Shown one piece after another: positions 13,185-23,439 of a stretch of DNA of 64,000 nt. The position numbers and the translations under genes were made by a program. The stretch comes from the human T2T-CHM13v2.0 reference genome, Homo sapiens, in the NCBI RefSeq assembly GCF_009914755.1, contig NC_060935.1. One strand, written 5' to 3'. The notes beneath the pieces were generated by a model. That model was given only the letters and a program-made list of their open reading frames with translations. It was not told the origin of the DNA and made no database searches. Every line of letters begins with the position of its first letter. Within the stretch, counting starts at the first letter, position 1.

Positions 13185-13345
13185 CAGTGATTCTTTGTCA
13201 TGCTTGCATGGCTAAAAGTACAAATCTCTATGCCACACACTTGGCCAATTGACTCAGAATAACTGTGGCTAAGTTGCAGACGTGATATTTCTTAAAAGCT
13301 CCCCGTGGTGATCCCAATAGGTAGCCAGTGCTGAAAACCACTTCA
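13185..13345. mobile_element. MER5B-like hAT-Charlie MITE
   Basis: cagtgattct...tcagaat...aaaagctccccgtggtgat...gccagtgctgaaaaccact. Confidence 0.55.
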
Positions 13346-14235
13346 CTAGACCTTCAGAGGATACAAACAGATGTAAAACACAAGAAGGAATTGCCATCCA
13401 ACTGAGGGAGACAGAGCTGGTGTACGCAGGGTCATAGGCACACAGGGCAGCTGATGCCCAATATCAAAGGCTGGCATTAGTGGACAGAGTGAGGTCATGC
13501 TGGGCAAAGTGAGGTCAGAAGGTGGAACTGAGCTGAGAGCAGGAGCAGAGGCCCCCTTGACAAGGGATCCCCATGAAGGTGTGAGTTCGGAAACACAGAC
13601 TTCGGTAAAGAAAGCAGCCTGACCCCGCCTGCGAGGTGGAGGAAGGGGGGCATTCCGGAGCTCAAATGTGCTTACCTGCTCTGAAGAGGTGGGTGTGTCT
13701 TGCCTCTCAAGGCTGTCATTGGCCCCACCCTGCCCTTGGTGTCTCCAGGAGTACTGAGGGGATTGATTTGTGTCACACCCTCCCAGCTCTGGAAAGGGGG
13801 GTGCAGAGAAAGAACTGGAGCATGGCAGAGCTCAGAGCGTCTGGTGGTGGCCACTGAGCAGGCCAGGGCTGGACAGAAGGGTAGGGAGTTCCTTCCACTG
13901 TCTTTGTGCCCTCTATAGTTTCTCTAGCACTTTATGCTTCACTTTGCAAGCATTTAAGGAAGGGTCTTTCTGAAAGTCTTGGTCTATTACAACTGTGCTG
14001 TAGAAAACCAAAGACAGGGCGGTTTGTTGACACCTGGGCCCTTGACATAGCCTATGATCAGCATAATCTCAGGGGTGAACAAGCTGGTGGATGCAGGAAT
14101 CAACATGACAGAATTCTGGGATGGAGGGGACCTAGACAAGGCTGGCTCTGACTGTTGCAACCTTAGCACGGTGTCTTTTTGGAATTTTTCTCATGTTGGG
14201 CCTCAGAGGACATGAGGTTTTGCTTCAGTTCCAGC

Positions 14236-14405
14236 AGGACCTCTCAAACCTCACATGCATCAGGGTTACCTGGAAGGGTTGTTGAAACACACATTGCTGA
14301 GTCCCATGCCCAGGCTTCTGACTTAGTGACTTTGGGGCGAGGCCTGAGAATCTGCATTTCTATCAGTGTTCCCAGGTGTTGCTGACACTCATTTGAGAAC
14401 TCCTT
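14236..14405. mobile_element. MER5A hAT-Charlie MITE
   Basis: tctcaaacct...gcatcag...cacattgctgagtccc...ggcctgagaatctgcatttcta...cccaggtg...tttgagaac. Confidence 0.8.
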
Positions 14406-15177
14406 GAGAACCTCTAAGTTGCAGAGAACTTTCTGTTTCCATGTGTCAAAGTCTGAGGGTCCATCAGCATGGCAAGGGGAGGGGTAAAAGGAGAGGGAGG
14501 AAAGGCAAGAAGGGTAGGTTCACTGCACCTCAAGTCCCAGCCCTTCCCCCAGTTCCACACATCCACCTGGTTCTTTCCCTTCCAGAGCCTCTCCTTCCTC
14601 CTTCTGTGAGACAGGAGTAATAGCACCTGTCTTACCAGCTCACTGAGCTTTGTGAGTTACTGTGAGACAGCATCACGGGATGCTTTCCTGAGCTGTAAGT
14701 GTCCATGCAAAAGCAAACAGCCACCGTGAAGTCACTGCAGTTTTCTGTGCTTGCTCTCTGTCCCTGACCCTGTTCCCTTGCTAGGGACAGGTGGAGAGCA
14801 CGTGTCTCTGTTGTGCCCAGTGGGCCTGGCGGCATCCTGAATCCACGGCACAGGCACAAGCCGTCTGCTCTCCAGGTTCAGCAGGGGCTTCTTTCCCATG
14901 CCTGGCCCCGGAGGGTCCCCTGGGAGCCAGAGTGCTCCACTGAAAGGTTGTGGCATCTGGAGGGTCCCCCAGCCAAGCTTCCAAGACAGCTGGTCAACAA
15001 GAGGCTGATGGAGGTGGAAGGCCAGGTATCCGGCATCACTTTCACATCAGCAGAAACATTCCCTGTTTGCAGAGCACTGCCCTCAGGGCGGCCAGCCCAA
15101 GAAAGAATCATAAGCTCCTTTAGGAAGCTCTGATGAAATCACTAGAAGAGACAGTTGCAGAGGGGTGTGTGGAAGTC

Positions 15178-15400
15178 ATTATTCATTGATTACCTACTAT
15201 GCGCCACAAACCAAGCCAGGGCCTTCCACACGCATCACTCATCTGGTTCTCACTGCACCATGTAACGTTGAATGGCCACACGTGACAGAGAAGAGAATGC
15301 TGGGTGCAGCCAGTTTATGCAGCTTACCCAGGACCACAAAGTGAGGAAAGACTGCAGAATTTGTGGTGACCAGCATCCAGCCCCTCCGAGCCTGACATTG
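15178..15400 (-). mobile_element. MIR fragment
   Basis: attcattgattacctactatgcgcca...catctggttctcac...cttacccaggaccaca. Confidence 0.5.
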
Positions 15401-15736
15401 CACTCTGCCTTCCCCCACTTCCCCTCCAGGCCTGAGGGTTTGGGGCAGCTGCAGGGATTTGGGGGCTAATCATGGAGAGTCTGAATAAACTCTACCTGGT
15501 TTGGGTTTGGTGGGTATATTTATGTGGTTTGCAGGCACTCAAGTGTAGAGTATAGTAAAGACATATACGTCTAATGCAAATGACAAATAAACTCTTGGAT
15601 TGTGAGATCATTAGTTAGGAACCATCTGTGGGAAGAGCATAAATATCTTTCTGAGTTGACTAGATATGTTGCTATCAATAAAGATCAGATAAAACAGTAA
15701 ATTACAAAACGAGGGCACCCGTGAGAAACTGGCAGG

Positions 15737-16960
15737 TGTGTGCCATCGACTCCAATGTGACTGAGGACTTGGCAGTGCACAGAGCTCAGCCCGTGCACAG
15801 CAGGGACCTGTGTGTGCCATCGACTCCAATGTGACTGAGGACTTGGCAGTGTGTAGAGCTCAGCCCATGCACAGCAGGGCCCCGTGTGTGCCATCGACTC
15901 CAGTGTGACTGAGGACTTGGCAGTGTGCAGAGCTCAGACCGTGCACAGCAGGGACCTGTGTGTGCCATTGACTCCAATGTGACTGAGGACTTGGCAGTGT
16001 GCAGAGCTCAGCCCGTGCACAGCAGGGCCCCGTGTGTGCCATTGACTCCAATGTGACTGCACAGAGCTCAGCCCATGCACGGCAGGGACCAGTGTGTGCC
16101 ATTGACTCCAGTGTGACTGAGGACTTGGCAGTGCTCAGAGCTGAGCCCGTGCACAGCAGGGACCCATGTGTGCCATCGACTCCAGTGTGACTGAGGACCC
16201 AGCACTGCGCAGAGCTCAGCCCATGCACAGCAGGGCCCCGTGTGTGCCATCGACTCCAATGTGACTGAGGACTTGGCAGTGCACAGAGCTCAGCCTGTGC
16301 ACAGCAGGGACCTGTGTGTGCCATTGACTCCAATGTGACTGAGGACCCGGCACTGCACAGAACTCAGCCCATGCACAGCAGGGCCCCGTGTGTGCCATTG
16401 ACTCCAATGTGACTGCACAGAGCTCAGCCCATGCACAGCAGGGCCCCGTGTGTGCCATCGACTCCAGTGTGACTGCACAGAGCTCAGCCTGTGCACAGCA
16501 GGGACCTGTGTGTGCCATCGACTCCAATGTGACTGAGGACCCAGCACTGCACAGAACTCAGCCCATGCACAGCAGGGCCCCGTGTGTGCCATTGACTCCA
16601 ATGTGACTGCACAGAGCTCAGCCCATGCACAGCAGGGACCAGTGTGTGCCATTGACTCCAGTGTGACTGAGGACTTGGCAGTGCTCAGAGCTGAGCCCGT
16701 GCACAGCAGGGCCCCGTGTGTGCCATCAACTCCAGTGTGACTGAGGACCCAGCACTGCGCAGAGCTCAGCCCGTGCACAGCAGGGACCTGTGTGTGCCAT
16801 CGACTCCAATGTGACTGAGGACTTGTGAGCCATCGACTCCAATGTGACTGAGGACTTGGCACTGCACAGAGCGCAGCCCGTGCACAGCAGGGCCCCGTGT
16901 GAGCCATCGCCTCCAATGTGACTGAGGATTCAGCACCAGAGCTCGGCCTGTGCACAGCAG
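15737..16960. repeat. Large GC-rich VNTR, ~18 units of 74 bp and 60 bp
   Basis: GCCATYGACTCC anchors at 15742, 15816, 15890, 15964, 16038, 16098, 16172, 16246, 16320, 16394, 16454, 16514, 16588, 16648, 16722, 16796, 16829 and 16903. Confidence 0.97.
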
Positions 16961-17200
16961 GAAGGTCATGGAGGGTTCCCCTAATTTCGCAACAATCTGA
17001 AAAATGTACATCATTTAGTAATAATGAATTTATCAAACTCCAAAAAGTAAGCAAATTAACCACGCTAGAACAAGGAGTATATTATCTTCTGTCCTGGTTG
17101 TGGAAAATTATTTTACAAAATCATTGTTGTAGGATTAAGTAATCAAAGAGTATTTAGCCAAACGAACAATCAAAAACGTTAGCAAAAGTGTCAGATATTT
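16961..17200 (+). mobile_element. hAT (Tip100/Zaphod-like) transposase C-terminal fossil
   Basis: Degenerate FPNFATI*KMYII...KL...TLE...YL pattern resembling the hAT dimerisation domain; the AT-rich flank at 15600-15735 may belong to the same element. Confidence 0.5.
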
Positions 17201-17329
17201 GATTAACTTAAGTAATGTTATTTTCTTGGTTTTATGACGTTTCTTGGCCAGTTTTCTTAAATTAGTAATTAGTTGTGATTCTCTGCACTAAATATACTTA
17301 CTGTTATAAAACTAATTTTTATTTATAAT

Positions 17330-17490
17330 GTTTCTTTCTTTTCCTTTTTGCCTGCCCTCCCTCCCTCCCTCCCTCCCTCCTTCCCTCCCTCCCTCCTTCC
17401 TTCCTTCTTTCCATCCTTCCTTTCTCCCTCCCTTCTTCTTTTCTCTTTCCTTCCCTCCTTCCTCCCTCCCTTCCTCCCTTCCTTCTTGAA
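17330..17490. repeat. (CCCT/CCTT)n pyrimidine tract
   Basis: ~160 bp of almost pure pyrimidine. Confidence 0.9.
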
Positions 17491-17499
17491 GGAAAGAAA

Positions 17500-17710
17500 G
17501 GGGCCACAAGCCAAGGCCTCTGCCGCAGCATCTAACAGCTGGAAAAGGCAAAGATACGGGATCTCCTGGAGCCTCCAACAGGAGCCAGCTCTGCAGACAC
17601 CTTGATTGCAGCCCAGCAAGGCCCATGTCAGGCCTCTGGCCTCCATAACTTGATAATAAAGTTGTGTTTTAGTTCTTTGTTACAGGAGCAATATGGAGAG
17701 GGACTAATGA
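17500..17710 (+). mobile_element. MaLR LTR (MLT1C/D) 3' half
   Basis: ggccacaagccaagg...gctggaaaaggcaaag...gagcctcca...gacaccttgatt...ataataaagttgtgtttt...tttgttacag. Confidence 0.75.
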
Positions 17711-18399
17711 ACTGCCATTGTATTAAACCACTGGCAACAGAGTTGTTTGATAAAGCAGTCAAGTCAACCTAAGTAAAACACTTAAGGACCAAGAAATAAA
17801 GTCCTCACTTGAGGATAGTGAGATCTGAGAGCAGTAAAGCCACTTCCTTCTCGTGAGACCGACCCCTCTTGCAGACCTGCCTCTGGCCTGGCCCCATGGA
17901 GTGGCAGGCCCCGGTCCTCCGCTCTTCGGGTCACAGGTGGCCCAGCAGGCTCTGCGCACAGCATTTCGGCAGCACAGCAATGCCTAACTTAATACTCACT
18001 CCGGGAACAAGCCAGCTGCAAGCTGTCAACGCTAAGTCCCCCTAATGCTTTAATTGGTACTTACTCTAGTAAGTTCATTTAAAAGTCCCCACCTCTGCCA
18101 GATGCACAGTGAAGCTGACCCGACAAGAGGGCCTGACGGTGGCAGAGCAATGTGATAATTAATGCGTCCTGCTTTCCTCTGCTTGAATTAATGTTTTCAT
18201 GTCACTTAGACATCACTCCTGGAAACCTTTCTGGTTTTCAGTAATCAGCAGTTCTCCATCCCAGAACCCAGTAGATGATCAATAAGTGGTTGCCGAGTGA
18301 ACGAATGGCTGAGTCAGAGATCTCGAAGGGTCAGATTTCACTTGGTTCAAGCCCCAACCAGTCTCTGAGAAACTGAGCCAGGGAGGCCTCAGGAGGCCT

Positions 18400-19720
18400 C
18401 GAGACGCCAGGGTACGAGCTAACTGTGGCTGGGAAGGTTGTGTAAAGAGGAATACAAAGCAGCCTGGGCATCCCAAATGCTGCCACAGACGTGTCAGAGT
18501 GGCTAGGAGCCATGGCCTGCACCCAGGCAGGGGCCACTCCCCAGCTGTGGGAGCAGAAGGGGCCCAGCACAACCGGCCGCGGAGCCCGCAGGAGCCCCGG
18601 TGCTCGGGAGGAGCCGGACGCCGACTCCAGCAGCGCAGACGCCGCCGGGGAGGCCCGTTGAGGAGCGCGCAGCTGAGTCCCGGTAGAGGAGGCGCCGGCC
18701 TGGAGAGGCTGGGGGCGGATCCGCTGGACCAGGCGGGGTAGCGAAGGGTGGCATTGCACAGAGCGGCCTCGAGTCCGGACTGGGGAAGGCTCAGACAGGG
18801 GGTGGAACAAAGGCCAGAAAGGAGGCGGGGGTCAGACCGGGGCTGGATCATGAAGGCGGCAGAGAGCTCGGAGGGAGCCCAACAAGGCCGTGCTGCGGCC
18901 CGGTTTTCCTTCCGGTGCTGAGGATGGCGGCGGCCTGGTTTTCCTTCCGGTGCTGAGGATGGCGGCGGCCTGGTTTTCCTTCCGGTGCTGAGGATGGCGG
19001 CAGCCGCGGGACGGTGCTGAGGATGGCGGCGGCCATGGAAGGTGCTCCCTGCTTCTGCGCGGATCCAGGCCTTCGGGATCTCGCCCTCTGCAGTGCGGAG
19101 AACTCACTGGACGGAGACGAGAGAGGCGGCGGCGGCTGCACAGCTGGTGCGTGGGGACTGGGGCGCGGGTGAGCGCTGTCCTTGGCTGGGGAGGAAGCGC
19201 AGCCCCCGGAAGCCCGCCTGGGGCTGCAGGGAGAAAGGAGGGCGCCCCAGAGCCAAGGCTGCCCGCTGGTCCCTGCGACCGGGGCCCGGAGAAAGTGCGG
19301 GAAGGAGAGAGAAGGCTGGTGGCCGCCTGCCTCCAGGGCGGGCCTCCGAGCAGTGCCCTGTCCCAGCCACAGCCTTGCTTCTTTTGATCCTCATCACGAC
19401 CGCTCTCCGGGCCAGGCCGTGGGTGAGGCTCCCAGGCCTTCAGGGGAGAAGCCGGGGTCTCCAGAGAGAGGTAACAGAGAACGGCCGTGGGTAGCGCGCC
19501 CCTCGGCCCCGCAGCTCTCCACAGGCCTCTGGCGAGCTCAGCTGACCTGCCCCATCAGTGAGGTCTCTGCTCAGCTACCACCTGCTCTGAGAAGCCTTCT
19601 CTGCCAGGGTGACTCATTACCCTGATTTGCCAGGACTGAGTGGGTTCCTGGAGCGGCCTGGGAGCCGGCGGCGGTGGTGGCTTTCCTGAGCCCTGTTTGT
19701 CTAATGTAGGCCCGGTTCGC
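18400..19720. promoter_or_regulatory. CpG island, candidate promoter
   Basis: Very high GC with dense CpG, GC-box GGGGCGG (~18712), GGC runs, ETS motif CTTCCGG x3 and YY1-like GATGGCGGC x4; contrasts with CpG-depleted flanks. Confidence 0.85.
18902..19034. repeat. 35-bp tandem repeat x3 plus a partial fourth copy (GGTTTTCCTTCCGGTGCTGAGGATGGCGGCGGCCT)
   Basis: Units at 18902, 18937 and 18972; the partial copy CGGTGCTGAGGATGGCGGCGGCC ends at 19034. Confidence 0.95.
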
Positions 19721-20689
19721 ACTGTTCATTCACTCTGCTCCTCAGTTACTTTACGGCAATTAACACCAATCTGTTCTCAAAACGTGAGGTCCTCTTGCTC
19801 AGGGCTGTGTTCCTAGCACGCGGCCCTTGCCTGACACACGGCTGACATTCAGCGCACATTTAAACGAGTAGATCAACTGCTCCATCTTCCCCCAGAAGCT
19901 CTGTCTGTCCCTCCACAACTTGGCTCATGCCATCTCTTCCATAAGCGCCGTGTGCTCTTCTCTCTCAGAAAAAAACTATTTGTTTCTTGACAGCTCAGCT
20001 CAAATATCAGCTTCTCTCGACCCCAGGCACGAGCGTGGGTCCCGAAACCCTGGTGCCCTCCGCAGTGTGTGTTCAGTAAATGACTCTACGTTTATCCCTG
20101 TAGCTGCCAGTGTTATCAACTTTGGCCTATGTTTTCTGAATTATTTTTGAATCTTTATTTTGTAATCCAATCTATTAGTGACCCATAACAGGCCGTGTCA
20201 TCCACAATTAAATAAATGTGCACTCTCTATTCATCTTGTTTTTATCTATTTAAAATAGGCTGCACAAAACGGGGCTAATAAATGTCATCTGTCATGCAGT
20301 TGGAAAAGACAAATGAGATTGACCTGGGCAAAACAGACGTTCAGCGTGGGGAATTATGTTGGACAAAAGCTCCAATCTCTCCTATACTCAGAGATTTTTC
20401 CTCTCTGCCCTCATAGCCATCCCTGCTCACCACAGTCCTCATATCCTTAAAGGGACACCCTAGTGATTACTGACGCCACGACATCTGCTCTGTTCTCCGA
20501 AACCAAATCTGATCTCCTTTCATCTTAAATACTGTAGGCAGCCACTTTACTCATTCACTCAATACATACTTACTAAGCATCTTGCAATTTTGCAGACATT
20601 GTACTGGACATGGGGTTACAAAGAAGGATGAGCTGTGGGTAGGGCTTTGCTTTGTGCTATATCCATTCAGGTACGTGTCTTCATCTATA

Positions 20690-20850
20690 CTCTGTCACTT
20701 GTGGCTTAGGCACATTATGCAGAACTTCTGAGCTTCAGTTTACCCACCTGTAAAAATTGGGATAATGTGTCCTGTTTCACGTAGTTCTGCAGGTTAGGTG
20801 GTGCTAGGAAGCACCTAGCACAGCGTTTGGTCCATGACAGAGGTCCTTCA
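20690..20850 (+). mobile_element. MIR
   Basis: ctgagcttcagtttacccacctgtaaaaattgggataat...gcacctagcacagcgtttgg. Confidence 0.7.
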
Positions 20851-22769
20851 ATGCCCATTCTCCTCCTGCTACATGCCAGACTGTACAAGACGGCTTTCTC
20901 CCTTCCCTGCTGCATCCAGCAAAGGCCTTGACCCCCGAGAGGTCTGCTGGGGTTTGTTGTTCTGAATCGAGTTGGAGACGGGGTGTGATCCCCAAGAGTT
21001 GGCTTCTTGCCTCCCTAGAGCAGGACTGTGCCTGTCTCACAGTCACGGCTTGGGGGACAAACACCTGCTGTTGAGGTGGGAGGTCTGTGGTCTTTTTTGA
21101 GGTCCCTTTGGGCAGGTTCAAGGTGCAGGATCTCCCGTGGACTCAGAGCTGTGCAGGGCAGGGACTGGCTCCACATGGGCAGAGTTCCTCCAAGCTAATG
21201 GAGGGGGTGAGAGTCCCAGGCCTCCGTGGGTCCTGAGGTTGGTGTGTCCTAATGAGGTGGCCTGTGAAGACCTGAGGGGCTTGGCCACAGCCCGTCTCTG
21301 GGGACCTATTTTTTCATCCCCTTTTCCATTCTTCCCTGCCTTCTTCTGTCTATTGCTTGTTCTACCTTGTTTCTGTGCCTTCTCTGTTCTCCATCCCACT
21401 TCACCACAGCCCCTCTTCTCCTCCCTGGGTTGGGCTTCAGCTGCCCCAACTCCTGTACTTAGGTAAGTCCACCAATGCCTGACGCTGTGCAAAGCACCCT
21501 GCAGAACAAACAACAAATCTGTGTGCCCCAGTTTGGAAAAGCTTATGACAGTCCCTGCAAATTTCCACCTTTTCCCCCTTTTGAATGACCAGCTTTCAGT
21601 GTCCCTTACCTCCTGCTCCCTCCGGCGCCCTTCCCACTTCCTCCCTCCCTCTCTGTCCCTCATTACTCTGTCTCTTGAAGTGGCATTGGAATTCTAGAAA
21701 AGAAATCTATCTCACATATTACAGAGCGGCTTCTCCAATGATCTCATTGCAATGATATAAATATACTTAAGGCAAGTAAAAAGCTATTTAATGAAATAAA
21801 TTAAGAAAAATGTACAGGAAAGCCTTGAATTTCATACAAATCATTCAAAATGAATACTAAATCTGTTGGCAGCATGCAGCATGCCTGCTCTCTATTCGTA
21901 TAAGTTTTTAAAGCTTTGCAAAGTAAGAGACAGTGGAATATCTTGTTGTTTTTTGTACATATGAAGTTTTCTCCACCTCTGCTGTGCTCCACCAGAAACA
22001 AAAGAACACACTCAATTTTCTTTAGACAGCCAATTAATCTGTGAAGACATTGCATTAACTCTGAATGCATTCAGTTTCTTTCACTTCTAGATCACCACGG
22101 TCCTGAGATGAGAGATGGGTGAGGCCTTTTTCAGTGCTGGTCTTGGGCCAGGTGGGGAGTTGTCTGCCTTGGGCCTGAAACCTCTCTGGGAACAACTGAG
22201 CTGGGAATCCCAACGGAGGCATGGGGGAGGATGGGGTGAAATCATGAGCCAAAGAGTAAAGGGACCTGCCTACACTGTTCTGGCTAAAGCTTAGCTGAAA
22301 TGGCAAATTCCTGGTGGAAGGATGAGGCTGGAGGTAAGAGACTAGCATGGTGGTGGGGTGGGTGCTTAGATAAGGGGAGGATGACAGCCCTGGGAGTGGA
22401 GTCCAACTCTTCCAATGCCCTTCAAACGCTGCCTCAAATACGACCCTTCCTCCTCGCCTCACCAAACACACACTTTTTGGCTGACTCTATTATTAGAAGT
22501 TCCTTCGCCACACTCAGGCTTTTTAATTCTCCACGCATTTGCATCTGGTGTTTTTTCCTCCCACAATGTCCTTTCCCTGTGATCTGCCGACTGCAGGTTT
22601 CTTTCTTGAAGGCTCAGCTGGAGTCACTTTCATGAAGTCCTCCTGCAGCTTTGCCTCTCTGTGCCCTCACCGAGCCCTGGAGGACAGTCTTTCACCCGAG
22701 TGTCTCATATTTTATTCTCTGCCCTCCTATCTCACACTGTATACAGAAACTAATTCAAGACAGAGCACT

Positions 22770-23140
22770 GACCTAAATGCCAGAGCTAAATCGTAGAGCT
22801 TTTAGAGATTTTTCAAGCTATTAGGAAATATTTTTGAGACTTGGTGGTAGTAACTACTTTTTAGAGAGGATACAGAAAAGAATATATGTTTAAATAATAA
22901 ATTTACCTTGATTAAATAAAAAATGTTGCCCATCAAGGGAATATTCAGAAAATGTACAGGTAAATGACAAAAAAGGACAAAATATTCACAAAATGCAGCC
23001 TAACGAAGAACTGGTAGCCGGAATATTGAAAGAACTACAAGTCAATAATAAAAAGACAAACAACCCAGTAAAAGTGGGGAAAATATTTAAATAGATACGT
23101 CACAAACAGAATGTATTAGTGGTGAAAGAACATATGAAGT
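22770..23140 (+). mobile_element. Old L1 (L1ME-like) ORF2 3' fragment
   Basis: gacctaaatg...ggaatattgaaagaactacaagtcaataataaaaagacaaacaacccag...catatgaa. Confidence 0.6.
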
Positions 23141-23439
23141 AAGTCACAAAGTGGCTTCATATTATGATATTCAAAATGTTAATTTTCAAAACTGTAGTTA
23201 TGAGGCATGCGAAGAAGCAAGAAAATATGGTTAATTTACAGGAAAAGAAAACAAAATAGAAACTATCCCTGATGAAGCACAGATATTGGGCTTTCTAGAT
23301 AGCTTTTGAATCAGAAGTCTTAAATGTGCTCAAAGAATTAAAGGAAACTGCAGACAAATAACTAAAGGACATGACTAGAATAACGCATGAACAAATAGCA
23401 AACATATCTTATAAAGAGACAGAAAATCAAAATGAATTG

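Noticed and set aside
15737-16960. CRISPR-like appearance of the tandem arrays
   Set aside because: No unique spacers, no cas genes, eukaryotic context.
15611-17063. Long Cys/His-rich ORFs (up to 257 aa) on the minus strand
   Set aside because: Translations of the VNTR that cycle through all frames; no real domain.
18912-19190. REST/RE1 sites (GGTGCTGA x4, GCGCTGTCC)
   Set aside because: Only isolated half-sites without canonical order and spacing; the same applies at ~6310 and ~40565.
18279-19625. Multiple 100-190 aa ORFs on both strands of the CpG island
   Set aside because: Expected from stop-codon scarcity in GC-rich DNA; no recognisable protein family.
22061-22074. 14-bp palindrome CTGAATGCATTCAG
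   Set aside because: Several of this length are expected by chance in 64 kb.
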